Source: Alphaproteobacteria bacterium
GTDB lineage: Bacteria; Pseudomonadota; Alphaproteobacteria; RS24
NCBI GenBank assembly: GCA_965660195.1
Contig: CBFHZM010000001.1
Location: forward strand, 9,096-73,095
Length of the DNA stretch: 64,000 nt
Reading direction: 5' to 3'
The position numbers and the translations under genes are program-made. The notes under the pieces were generated by a model. That model was not told where the DNA came from. It saw only the letters and a list, made by a program, of their open reading frames with translations, and ran no database searches. Every line of letters starts with the position of its first letter. Position 1 is the stretch's first letter. Positions 1-9,004 of this stretch are shown piece after piece.

Positions 1-1
1 G

Positions 2-877
2 CGGGCAGGTTTGCGGGACACCAATAAGCCGATTGGAAATTATTTGTTCACCGGCCCAACCGGTGTCGGTAAAACCGAAGTCGCACGTCAGTTGGCCAGC
101 ATTCTCGGCGTCAATTTGTTGCGCTTTGATATGTCGGAATATATGGAGCGTCATAGCGTATCGCGTCTGCTCGGCGCACCTCCCGGCTATGTCGGCTATG
201 ACCAAGGTGGCTTGTTAACCGATGGTGTCGATAAAGACCCGCATTGCGTTTTATTGCTCGATGAGATCGAGAAAGCCCATCCAGATCTGTTCAATGTGCT
301 GTTGCAGGTGATGGATCATGGCACGCTGACTGATGCAAATGGACGTTCGGTTGATTTCCGCAATGTTGTGTTAATCATGACGAGCAATGCCGGCGCGTCG
401 GATTTGGCCCGTGCGCCGATGGGCTTTGCCCGTGATCGCCGCGAGGGCGACGACACGGAGGCGGTCAATCGTTTATTCACACCAGAGTTTAGAAATCGGC
501 TTGATGCTATGATCGGGTTTGCGCCGCTAGATACGAAAACAATCTTGCGGGTGGTTGAGAAATTTATTCTTGAGCTTGAAAATCAGTTGGCAGATCGCAA
601 TGTCACGGTTGAAACCACACCAGCGCTATTGCAGTGGCTGGTAGATACTGGCTACGACCCACAAATGGGCGCGCGTCCGATTTCACGACTGATCCAAGAT
701 AAGATTAAAGAGCCTCTGGCGGATAAATTGCTGTTTGGTGACCTTAAAACGGGTGGTGTGGCTAAGCTTGACGTCAACAAAGATAAGAAAGTCGTCATTA
801 CGGTTTCGGATTTGGAGCCAGCGACACCTCGTAAAAGCAGCAAGGGGAAAGGTAAACCCGAGCGTGTAAAGGGTTAG
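2..877 (+). CDS. clpA: ATP-dependent Clp protease ATP-binding subunit ClpA, C-terminal part (5' end upstream of window)
   Basis: The frame is open to the window edge. It carries second AAA+ module motifs GPTGVGKTE (Walker A) and LLLDEIEKAH (Walker B), a ClpA/B-type C-terminal small domain and a K/G-rich tail. Confidence 0.9.
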   Translation, partial: RAGLRDTNKPIGNYLFTGPTGVGKTEVARQLASILGVNLLRFDMSEYMERHSVSRLLGAPPGYVGYDQGGLLTDGVDKDPHCVLLLDEIEKAHPDLFNVLLQVMDHGTLTDANGRSVDFRNVVLIMTSNAGASDLARAPMGFARDRREGDDTEAVNRLFTPEFRNRLDAMIGFAPLDTKTILRVVEKFILELENQLADRNVTVETTPALLQWLVDTGYDPQMGARPISRLIQDKIKEPLADKLLFGDLKTGGVAKLDVNKDKKVVITVSDLEPATPRKSSKGKGKPERVKG

Positions 878-1311
878 AGTGTCGCCAATGCGGCACGTAT
901 CTTGACGGCAACGGCTTCCAATTCACCCATGTCGGCGACATCGCGGGCGTGAAACGCAAGCTCTAGCCCTTCATGTCGCGGCAAGACATGAAAGTGCAAA
1001 TGCGGCACAGTTTGTCCCGCGGCACTGCCATTTAGCTGAGCAATCAAAATCCCTGGCGCGTCGACGGCTTTTTGAACGGCATGCGCGAGTTTCTGGGTGG
1101 TTTGAAGTAAGCCGCCACAGGCTGTTGGATCGAGGTTTAACAGATTGGTAGCGGGTGATTTGGGGATCACCAAAGCATGCCCGGTCGCTTGCGGCATAAT
1201 ATCCATAAAAGACAACGTATGCTCATCCTCATAGAGTTTAATCGCAGGTAGCTCGCCGCGTAAAATCTTTGCAAATATATTGTTGGGATTATACGGCTCA
1301 TCCAATTTCAT
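874..1311 (-). CDS. HIT-family (histidine triad) nucleotide hydrolase
   Basis: 145 aa with the histidine triad HLHFHVLP near the C-terminus. It is convergent with clpA and their stop codons overlap. Confidence 0.85.
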   Translation of the reverse strand: MKLDEPYNPNNIFAKILRGELPAIKLYEDEHTLSFMDIMPQATGHALVIPKSPATNLLNLDPTACGGLLQTTQKLAHAVQKAVDAPGILIAQLNGSAAGQTVPHLHFHVLPRHEGLELAFHARDVADMGELEAVAVKIRAALATL

Positions 1312-2491
1312 GATCGGTCTCCTTCTTAAACGGTGTGTACTGGTTCAATATTTCAATGTCGTTGTCGACATGAGCCCGCTCGTTGCTCAGATACTGCGCT
1401 AAAGCCTCGCGAAAGCCGTCATGTGTGACATAATGTGCTGAATAGGTGGGGCAGGGCAAATATCCCCTTGCGATTTTATGGGCGCCTTGAGCGCCAGCCT
1501 CAACGCGGTGCAGCCCGCGGGAGATGGCAAATTCAATCGCCTGATAATAGCAAAGCTCAAAGTGTAGAAACGGGTGATCCTCAATGCATCCCCAATTGCG
1601 ACCATAAAGGGTTGTACTGCCGATAAAATTAAGGGCGCCAGCAATATAACGTCCATCCCGCTTGGCCAAGATTAGTAAGATATCTTGTCGCATGCTCTCA
1701 TGGATCAAATCGAAAAACTTGCGAGTGAGATAAGGGCGACCCCATTTTCTCATGCCTGTATCAATATAGAACTCGAAAAATGCGTCCCAATGTGTGGGGC
1801 AAATATCGTCTCCCGAGAACCATTCAATCGTGATGCCGTTTTCAATAGCGCGGGCCCGTTCTTTCTTTAAATTCTTACGCTTGCGCGAGGAGAGGGCATT
1901 GAGAAAGGCATCGAAACTCTCAAACCCGTCATTTAGCCAATGAAATTGCTGGTCTTTGCGTAGCAAATAATTTTCACCACCGAGCATTTTCCAGCTGGCT
2001 TCCGGAACAAAATTGAGGTGTAGCGAGGATAAGTTATTGGCCTTTAGCATCTGTTCAGCGCCGCGCAATAACGCCTTGGCTTGAAGCATTTCGCCCGCGT
2101 CGTCAGCGGCTGAGGTTAACAACCGCGCCCCCGTCGCGGGTGTGAAGGGTACGGCGCTCAGAAGTTTGGGGTAATAAGAGCCACCTGCGCGCTCGAAAGC
2201 ATCGGCCCACATGTGGTCGAAAATATATTCACCCTGTGAATGCGTTTTGAGATAAAGCGGCAATATCGCTGTTATCGTATCATTCTCGCTGAGTGTTAAA
2301 TGACATGGTGTCCAGCCAGTTTCGGGCGTTGCCGAGCCGCTATTTTCGGCGGCGCAGAAAAAGGCATGTTGCAGGAACGGGTTGAAATCCCGGTGGCTCG
2401 GATTGGCACAAGCGTTCCAGACATCGGCCGCAATATCGGCTGCGCGGTCAACGCGCCCCAGCTTTAGACCGGAGGACTGGGGCGAAGACAT
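1298..2491 (-). CDS. FemAB-like / DUF482 family GNAT-fold N-acetyltransferase-like protein
   Basis: The long ORF resembles the conserved alphaproteobacterial DUF482 family (YYPKLL..VPFTP..G motifs). I chose the internal ATG at 2491 (MSSPQSS...), which lies 4 nt after the ridA stop. The track start at 2593 would overlap ridA by about 100 nt. Confidence 0.7.
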   Translation of the reverse strand: MSSPQSSGLKLGRVDRAADIAADVWNACANPSHRDFNPFLQHAFFCAAENSGSATPETGWTPCHLTLSENDTITAILPLYLKTHSQGEYIFDHMWADAFERAGGSYYPKLLSAVPFTPATGARLLTSAADDAGEMLQAKALLRGAEQMLKANNLSSLHLNFVPEASWKMLGGENYLLRKDQQFHWLNDGFESFDAFLNALSSRKRKNLKKERARAIENGITIEWFSGDDICPTHWDAFFEFYIDTGMRKWGRPYLTRKFFDLIHESMRQDILLILAKRDGRYIAGALNFIGSTTLYGRNWGCIEDHPFLHFELCYYQAIEFAISRGLHRVEAGAQGAHKIARGYLPCPTYSAHYVTHDGFREALAQYLSNERAHVDNDIEILNQYTPFKKETDHEIG

Positions 2492-2495
2492 GTGA

Positions 2496-2969
2496 TTAGC
2501 TGGCCAACTCGACAATCGCCGAAATTTCAACTGCCCACCCCAGTGGCAAAGAGCTCGTGCCAATAGCGGCGCGGCTATGGGCGCCGCGGTCACCGAGGAT
2601 TTCGGCCATCAGATTGGAGGCACCATTAATGACCTGCGGATGCTCGGTAAACTCGGGCGTTGCATTGACATAGCCGTTGAGTTGTACGATCTGCTTGATG
2701 GCATCGCAGCTCCCCGTTTGGGCGCGAACGACCCGCAAAATATTGAGCGCGCATAAAGCCGCGGCCTGCTGGCCGTCATCGATTTTTAATGTGTCGCCGA
2801 GCTTGCCTATTATGGCTGAGCCAGTTGCATCGGTCGGGCCTTGTCCCGAAATAAAGAGATGGGAGCCGCTCAAAATGCTGGGGCGGTAATTCGCCAGCGG
2901 AGCCGAAAGCTCGGTGTCAGCTAAGTTATTTTTACGCAAATAGTTTGTTAGGGGGCATGTTTTTGTCAC
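2496..2969 (-). CDS. RidA/YjgF/L-PSP family enamine/imine deaminase-like protein
   Basis: 157 aa with the family-typical LFISGQGP... and C-terminal ...SRAAIGTSSLPLGWAVEISAIVE segments. Confidence 0.8.
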   Translation of the reverse strand: MTKTCPLTNYLRKNNLADTELSAPLANYRPSILSGSHLFISGQGPTDATGSAIIGKLGDTLKIDDGQQAAALCALNILRVVRAQTGSCDAIKQIVQLNGYVNATPEFTEHPQVINGASNLMAEILGDRGAHSRAAIGTSSLPLGWAVEISAIVELAS

Positions 2970-2993
2970 TTGTTCTCTCCAGTGGCGGTGATA

Positions 2994-4304
2994 TTATAGC
3001 AAATCCCGCCCTTTGCGAATGCTTTGTAGGCCGAATTTTTCCCGCAAGCGGTCCATAGCGCGTTCTCCGTCGATTTGTTTTTTACGCTCTGGTTCAGCGA
3101 GGTCGGGAATATCGGCAAATTCAGCCGGGGTAATTTGGCTGACACCAATACCCAATAGGCGATAGGCCTCTCGTGGCCGCGACGCCATTAGCTCGGCGAG
3201 CAGCATTTTGCCATCTTTAAAAATGGCTTCGGCCATTTGTGTTGGGCTGTGGCGAGTGTGGCTTCGTGTCAGAGATGTGAATTGCCGTGTTTTGGCTTTC
3301 AAAACAATCGTGCGCCCAGCCAATTTCTTTTCTTTGCAGCGACGGGCCAGTTTTTCGCTCAAGGCCCAGAGATGTTTCTCGAGCATCGCCGGGTCAGAAA
3401 TATCGCTGTTAAAGGTCGTCTCTGTCGAAATCGACTTCGTTTCACTAAGAGGGGTGACACGGCGGTCGTCGATGCCGCGCGCCAGCCGCGCTAGCCGATA
3501 TCCGGTTTGCTCGTAACGTTTGATCATTTCGGCTTCCGACAAATTTTGAATTTGTTTGATATTGCGAATGCCGTCGCGCGCTAAACGGTCTTGCATGGCT
3601 TTGCCGACCCCCCATATGCGGGCGACGGGAAGCTTGCCAAGAAATGAGGTGGTTTCCGCCTTACCGATCACGGAAAAACCTCGCGGCTTATCGAAATCAG
3701 AGGCGAGCTTGGCCAAAAATTTATTATGGCTCAATCCAACTGAAACGGTGATGCCTATCTCTTGTTCAATGCGGCGAGCGAACTTGGCGAGGATTAGGGC
3801 CGGCGCTAGGCCATGGAGACGCTGTGTACCGGTCAAATCCAGAAAAGCCTCATCGATGGAGAGAGGCTCCACCAATGGCGTGAGATCTTGCATCATTTGT
3901 CTAATCTCATGCCCCACGGCGCTGTAGCGGGCCATATCGGGCGGAATGATAACGGCATCGGGACATAGTTTTTTTGCTTGAAACATCGGCATAGCGGAAT
4001 GGACGCCTGATATACGGGCGATATAACAAGCAGTAGAGACGACGCCTCGTGTGCCGCCGCCAATGATGACCGGTTTATCACGGATCTCCGGATTATCGCG
4101 TTTTTCGATCGCCGCATAAAAAGCGTCGCAGTCGATATGGGCAATCGATAGCTCTGTCCACTCATCGTGCCGCACAAGCCGCGGCGAGCGACAGACAGGG
4201 CATCTTTTAGGTGCTGGATCGGCCGCCAGCGGCGTGTAGCAATCGCGGCAGAATCCGGAGCTTTTAGAAGCCGTGCTGGATGAGCTGTGAGGAGATCCAG
4301 TCAT
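2994..4304 (-). CDS. dinB: DNA polymerase IV (Y-family) with N-terminal CxxC-x12-CxxC zinc-ribbon extension
   Basis: Catalytic start IAHIDCDAFYAAIEKRDNP, SIDEAFLD and little-finger region are present. There is no alternative in-frame start, so the ATG at 4304 overlaps the upstream HAD gene by 41 nt. Confidence 0.85.
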   Translation of the reverse strand: MTGSPHSSSSTASKSSGFCRDCYTPLAADPAPKRCPVCRSPRLVRHDEWTELSIAHIDCDAFYAAIEKRDNPEIRDKPVIIGGGTRGVVSTACYIARISGVHSAMPMFQAKKLCPDAVIIPPDMARYSAVGHEIRQMMQDLTPLVEPLSIDEAFLDLTGTQRLHGLAPALILAKFARRIEQEIGITVSVGLSHNKFLAKLASDFDKPRGFSVIGKAETTSFLGKLPVARIWGVGKAMQDRLARDGIRNIKQIQNLSEAEMIKRYEQTGYRLARLARGIDDRRVTPLSETKSISTETTFNSDISDPAMLEKHLWALSEKLARRCKEKKLAGRTIVLKAKTRQFTSLTRSHTRHSPTQMAEAIFKDGKMLLAELMASRPREAYRLLGIGVSQITPAEFADIPDLAEPERKKQIDGERAMDRLREKFGLQSIRKGRDLL

Positions 4305-4944
4305 GGGCCTGTTTCCAACAGTCTATGCGCGTGCTTGCACCGGCGGCCGGCGCCACCAATTCAGCTAAACGCGGGTCAGCGATAAAATGGATACGGTGCG
4401 TGTCGGGGCTGTGGTCGCGTGCGCTATCAATATTGTGGGGAATATCATCGAGGAAAAAAACCGGCGCTCGCGTTTGGGTCGCCAGATGCGCTAGGGTCGG
4501 GCCTTTCAAACCCGAGCCAACCAAAACGGGATAGTCCATGCCGTGCGCGCGCAGATTGTCAATGCGCTCTTGCTTGTACTGCAAGGGTAGGTTCGTGAAG
4601 ACCAGTATTTGCGCTTGCGCTGAAAGTTTCTCGAGCGCTTCGGCTGCGTGGTCGACGGCTGGAATATCGCGCGTTGCGGCGGCAAAAAAGTCTTCGATAA
4701 GATTGTCACGTTGTACCGGTTCGTTGGTTTTGCGTGACTTGATGTTGCCGTTGATGGCAAAGCTTTTGAGGTCGATCCACAGGCCTTCGGCGTCAAGAAA
4801 TTTCTCGAGCGCCATCATAAAGCGAAGCAACACCTCATCGGCATCGGTAATAATCAAGGGGCGATCGGGCTGAATGTTGATCTCGGCCAATTGCATTTGA
4901 ACTTCTGGAGATAGGCTAGATGTCATGACGCTCCTCATGTCCAA
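4264..4944 (-). CDS. HAD-superfamily hydrolase-like protein
   Basis: HAD motif I-like IITDADEVL and a late FFLDDIPHN motif. The start is ambiguous: ATG at 4944, or ATG at 4926 just after the upstream stop. Confidence 0.6.
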   Translation of the reverse strand: MDMRSVMTSSLSPEVQMQLAEINIQPDRPLIITDADEVLLRFMMALEKFLDAEGLWIDLKSFAINGNIKSRKTNEPVQRDNLIEDFFAAATRDIPAVDHAAEALEKLSAQAQILVFTNLPLQYKQERIDNLRAHGMDYPVLVGSGLKGPTLAHLATQTRAPVFFLDDIPHNIDSARDHSPDTHRIHFIADPRLAELVAPAAGASTRIDCWKQAHDWISSQLIQHGF

Positions 4945-5222
4945 TGGGGCAGGTCGCCACCAGGTAAATAAGCTCGCGCCCGGATGGGAAGATCAGGGGC
5001 GATGTTTTGGTCCTCACAGAACGCTAATAGGCTGGGCTCGTCCTGTAAAAGAAAATCAAGAACCGCGGCAAGTGTCTCACTACGCTCGGCCTCGACCAAT
5101 AAATCCGATGGTGCGAGACCCGCGAGCGCGCAAAACCGCTCCATAAGCGTCTCTTGCGTTGACAGCCATGCGAGTGCGTTGAGGGCTAAAATTTCACTTG
5201 TTTCAGGGGTCACAGGGATCAA
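4935..5222 (-). CDS. DUF3572-family small protein
   Basis: 95 aa resembling the conserved alphaproteobacterial DUF3572 family (ALNALAWL...LLAFCE). It heads the DUF3572-HAD-dinB run of overlapping genes. Confidence 0.6.
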   Translation of the reverse strand: MIPVTPETSEILALNALAWLSTQETLMERFCALAGLAPSDLLVEAERSETLAAVLDFLLQDEPSLLAFCEDQNIAPDLPIRARAYLPGGDLPHWT

Positions 5223-5286
5223 TTTTCTAGTTGTTACCTGTTTAACATAGAGCGATTGTCAAAACATCAAAAGCGCAAAAGCCTAT

Positions 5287-5311
5287 AAAAAAAGGCGCCG
5301 TGAACGGCGCC
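5287..5311 (-). terminator. Rho-independent terminator downstream of rpmG
   Basis: Stem GGCGCCG (5294-5300), loop TGAA, stem CGGCGCC (5305-5311). The A7 run at 5287-5293 reads as a U-tract on the minus strand. Confidence 0.65.
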
Positions 5312-5333
5312 TCTTATCAGCACTCAGGCTGAC

Positions 5334-5501
5334 TTATTTAATTTTGGTCTCTTTAAACTCGACATGCTTGCGCACCACCGGGTCATATTTCTTTACGACC
5401 ATTTTTTCGGTCATTGTGCGGGCATTTTTCTTGGTGACGTAAAACGCACCCGTGCCGGCAGTGCTTTCTAGCTTAATCTTGATTGTCGTTGGTTTAGCCA
5501 T
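5334..5501 (-). CDS. rpmG: 50S ribosomal protein L33
   Basis: 55 aa, [56 protein letters not shown] used the internal ATG at 5501 because the 79-aa track ORF is an upstream extension. Confidence 0.92.
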   Translation of the reverse strand: MAKPTTIKIKLESTAGTGAFYVTKKNARTMTEKMVVKKYDPVVRKHVEFKETKIK

Positions 5502-5587
5502 AACGAACCTATACTGTATAAATTGTGGGGTAAGCGCCCGAATTAGCCGCAATCTACGCAGGATTGCGCGCAAGTCAAGTTTTTTTG

Positions 5588-6343
5588 CTAAATCTTTGAG
5601 AATTGCGCTTGCCCGCGATGAAAGCGGAAAAACAGTGCTGGCGCTGACATACGCTTTTTCGCGGGCAGTTGCAGGCGGTCCTGTAGAACCCCTAGCACCT
5701 GTTTGGTAATAATCGGTAAATCCAGATCGAAGGCGTCTTTAATGCCAATCCAATGTAGGTCGGTTAGCTCGCCCGAGGCGCGCTTCAGATCTTCAGGGTG
5801 GGTGTGTAAGTAGTCTGCCGAAATGGTGAAAAATCGCGTGTCAAAACGCCGAACGCGGTGCGGCGGAGTAATAGCGCGGGCAACCATATCCATCGCATGA
5901 AGCGGTGGTTTTACTCCGTAACCAAAGTAGCTCTGCCAGTCGGCATTACGCGTATTGGGGGTCGCGCGCGCCGGTTCTCCGACGACCAAACCGGTTTCCT
6001 CGAAAGTTTCGCGGATGGCGGCCAGCGCCAAGGCTGTGAGGCGTGTCGGGCTGGTTTTGGAGGAAATATGCTTACCGAGACGTTTTAGCACGGGGGCTGG
6101 TAATTTGGCCTTGGTTGCGATGCGCGAATCTATGGGGTCGACGCGACCACCTGGAAAGACGAATTTATTCGGCATGAATTTATGATTTGCCGCTCGTTTG
6201 CCCATTAAAATTGATGTTTGGCCTTTGACTTCGCGGATAATGATTAATGTTGCGGCATCTACGGGACGAACTGCTCTACCGCCGTCGCTGCGAAACTCGC
6301 TGGCTTTTCCCGGTGTGACTGGGCTTTTCATCTTGCTTGCCAT
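5588..6343 (-). CDS. NUDIX hydrolase
   Basis: Nudix box region FPGGRVDP...[12 protein letters not shown]. The ATG at 6343 is preceded by GAGGGGAA; the track start at 6355 is a TTG. Confidence 0.8.
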   Translation of the reverse strand: MASKMKSPVTPGKASEFRSDGGRAVRPVDAATLIIIREVKGQTSILMGKRAANHKFMPNKFVFPGGRVDPIDSRIATKAKLPAPVLKRLGKHISSKTSPTRLTALALAAIRETFEETGLVVGEPARATPNTRNADWQSYFGYGVKPPLHAMDMVARAITPPHRVRRFDTRFFTISADYLHTHPEDLKRASGELTDLHWIGIKDAFDLDLPIITKQVLGVLQDRLQLPAKKRMSAPALFFRFHRGQAQFSKI

Positions 6344-6385
6344 GGTTCCCCTCAAAGCACTCCAAATCGTAAAGCTTTATCACAT

Positions 6386-6781
6386 TTATCGCTGTTCTTC
6401 GAAACCATGCATTCGCAAGGCCCACTGCCAGCCAATTATGGCGCCCTTGACACGTGGCAGGCTGTATAGAGTGACGGCGACAGCTAGAATCGTGAAGATC
6501 AGTGCATGCACCCAAATTGGCGGCGCATAAAATCTCTCGACCAGTAAGGCGACCGGAATAATCACATGCCCAACTATAAAAATCGTGAAATAGGGTGGCG
6601 CATCGTCGGCTTCATGGCCAGCCAGATGCAGGCCACAATTTGGACAGTCATCGCGGACTTTCAAAAAAGCGCGATAAATCGTGGCTTGTCCACAAGCCGG
6701 GCATTTTTGGCCCAAGCCTCTCATAATGGCGTGCCAGCTAGATCTCTCATCGGGTTTTTGCTTGTCATTCTGCGCTTGCAT
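6386..6781 (-). CDS. DUF983-family membrane protein with zinc-ribbon
   Basis: CPACG...CPNCG pairs followed by two hydrophobic helices, which is the typical DUF983 architecture. Confidence 0.7.
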   Translation of the reverse strand: MQAQNDKQKPDERSSWHAIMRGLGQKCPACGQATIYRAFLKVRDDCPNCGLHLAGHEADDAPPYFTIFIVGHVIIPVALLVERFYAPPIWVHALIFTILAVAVTLYSLPRVKGAIIGWQWALRMHGFEEQR

Positions 6782-6796
6782 GATCGAACCTTGTCT

Positions 6797-9004
6797 TTAC
6801 CGCTTCGGTTTAGCTTTTTTCGGCCGCGTTTTCTTCTGTTTTTTTGTCGCGGTAGGTTTCTTGCGGCTAGAGAATTGCCCGCCGGCTTTGAGCGAGAACA
6901 ATAGCCCCCCCTTAACGGGGATGGTCTCTTCTAGGGTGACTTCGACGGCCTCACCCAATTTAAAGCTTAGGCCCGACGCTAGACCCGTCATGGTGTAGCC
7001 GTCATCGTCAACAACAAAACGCTCGCCGCCGAGGCGCGAGATCGGGGCTAAGCCCTCGGCGCCGGTTTCGTGCAGGCGAATGAAAAGTCCAGCGCGCGAC
7101 AGCCCAGTGATCATTCCGTCGAATGTTTCGCCGACACGTTTCGACATAAAGGCTGAGAGATAGCGCTCATTAGCGGCGCGTTCTGCCATCATTGCGCGGC
7201 GCTCGCTTTGCGAAATGCTTTCCGCGGTATCGACCATTTGCGCTCTATCGGTCTCACTCAGGCCGTCCTCGCCGAGACCGAGGGCGCTGATTAGGCCACG
7301 ATGAACAATCAAGTCCGCATAGCGACGAATGGGCGACGTAAAATGGGCGTAATGCGACAGGTTTAAGCCGAAGTGACCAATATTTTCTGTTGCGTAAGCG
7401 GCTTGCGCTTGTGTGCGCAAGACCGCTTCACTGATCATATCGGCATGTGCCTCGGCTGGCGCGCTTTGTAAAATTTGATTGAAAAGTTGAGGCAACAGTG
7501 TTTGCCCACGATTGAGCTTAATGCCTAAGGGGCGAATGAAATTTGAAAAACCCTTAACCTTTTCCAGCGAGGGCGCATCGTGGACACGATAAATCAATGG
7601 AGTTTGCTTGCGCTCCAACTGCTCAGCGGCACAACGATTGGCGCAAACCATCATTTCTTCGATCAGTCGGTGCGCTTCAAGGCGCGGCGGCATCGAGATC
7701 GACGAAATTTGTCCCCTGTCATCGAGCCGAATTTTGCGCTCGGGACGGTTTAGGTCCAAGGGGCGGCGGTTTTCCCGGGCGATCACCATGGCCTGATAAC
7801 AGGCCCAGATCGGGGCAAGAATATGGGAAGCGCTATCAGTCTTGGGCGATGTGGGTAGGCGATCAAACACGTCTTGCGCCTGTTCATAGCTATAGGCGTC
7901 GGCGATGCGAATGAGGGCTCGATCGAAGCGATGGCCGCGCCGTTCACCGTCCGGCCCGATCTCGATGTGGCATACAAGAGCTGGGCGTGTTTCCTGAGCG
8001 CGGAGCGAACAGAGATCATTTGACAAGCGCTCAGGTAACATCGGAATAACGCGGTCTGGCATGTAAACCGAATTGCCGCGACGGCGGGCCTCTAAATCGA
8101 TCTCAGATCCGGGTCTGACAAAGGCTGCGACGTCGGCGATAGCGACCGTTAGGTCAAATCCGGTATCGGTAATTGTAACAGCGATCGCGTCATCATGATC
8201 GCGGGCATCGGCCGGATCGATGGTAATAAAATCAAGTGCGGTCAGATCTGTTCTTTGACGCTCCGGTAGTGCGGGAAGTGCGTCGGCTTCTGCCAGCACT
8301 TCATCGGAAAAGGTAAAGCGGATCGACTGCTCAGCAATTGCGATCATGGAGAAAACATCCGGCGCATCGGCAGCACCAATGCGCGAGATGAAGCGCGCTT
8401 TGCGTTCGCCGCGCCGCCGGCTTTCGATGCGTTCCGCAATGATTACATCATTTTCGGAAAATCCAGCAGCTGCAGCCAGATCATAATCGTACCGTTCACG
8501 CCGATCAGCTGGCACCAATCGTAGTTGTGTTCCCGATTTGCGAACGATACCAATCAGACGTTCAGTCGACTGACTGATACGCTTGATGATACGGGCTATA
8601 TAATGGCTTTGTGATTTGCGTGTCAGGCGGGCGAGGGCGCGATCCCCGATCTGCACAGGCGCCTGTTTGGCGCGGCGTAATTCTTGGATTTCGATAATTG
8701 GTGCGGGTTCGGGTACCGATTGCGTTGGTTTGCCAATAAAGGCGCCCTCAGAATTTCGACCAGTAATTTCGATCATGCAGACGGCTGGTAAATCGCCGGC
8801 CAAACGCAAGCCTGAGAGTTTATCGGTTTCGATCTGACCTTCGGCGGCAAGATCGCGAAGTATTTTTTTCAGTTGAATACGATCCGCGCCTTTGATGCCG
8901 AACTCGCGAGCTATCTCGCGCTTACCGACTTTTCCGGCGGAATTACGAATGAATTCGAGGATGGTTTGGCTGTCTGGGAAACCGTCCGGCTCTTGATCGC
9001 TCAT
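6797..9004 (-). CDS. rnr: Ribonuclease R
   Basis: 735 aa with an RNB catalytic domain (DPADARDHDDA, HFGL..YAHFTSPIRRYADL), a C-terminal S1 domain and a K/R-rich tail. Its start overlaps the topA stop (ATGA). Confidence 0.92.
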   Translation of the reverse strand: MSDQEPDGFPDSQTILEFIRNSAGKVGKREIAREFGIKGADRIQLKKILRDLAAEGQIETDKLSGLRLAGDLPAVCMIEITGRNSEGAFIGKPTQSVPEPAPIIEIQELRRAKQAPVQIGDRALARLTRKSQSHYIARIIKRISQSTERLIGIVRKSGTQLRLVPADRRERYDYDLAAAAGFSENDVIIAERIESRRRGERKARFISRIGAADAPDVFSMIAIAEQSIRFTFSDEVLAEADALPALPERQRTDLTALDFITIDPADARDHDDAIAVTITDTGFDLTVAIADVAAFVRPGSEIDLEARRRGNSVYMPDRVIPMLPERLSNDLCSLRAQETRPALVCHIEIGPDGERRGHRFDRALIRIADAYSYEQAQDVFDRLPTSPKTDSASHILAPIWACYQAMVIARENRRPLDLNRPERKIRLDDRGQISSISMPPRLEAHRLIEEMMVCANRCAAEQLERKQTPLIYRVHDAPSLEKVKGFSNFIRPLGIKLNRGQTLLPQLFNQILQSAPAEAHADMISEAVLRTQAQAAYATENIGHFGLNLSHYAHFTSPIRRYADLIVHRGLISALGLGEDGLSETDRAQMVDTAESISQSERRAMMAERAANERYLSAFMSKRVGETFDGMITGLSRAGLFIRLHETGAEGLAPISRLGGERFVVDDDGYTMTGLASGLSFKLGEAVEVTLEETIPVKGGLLFSLKAGGQFSSRKKPTATKKQKKTRPKKAKPKR

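Noticed and set aside
5230-5244. GTTG-N7-TTTA upstream of DUF3572-HAD-dinB as a degenerate SOS box.
   Set aside because: Only 5 of 8 defining bases match GTTC-N7-GTTC, which is indistinguishable from chance.
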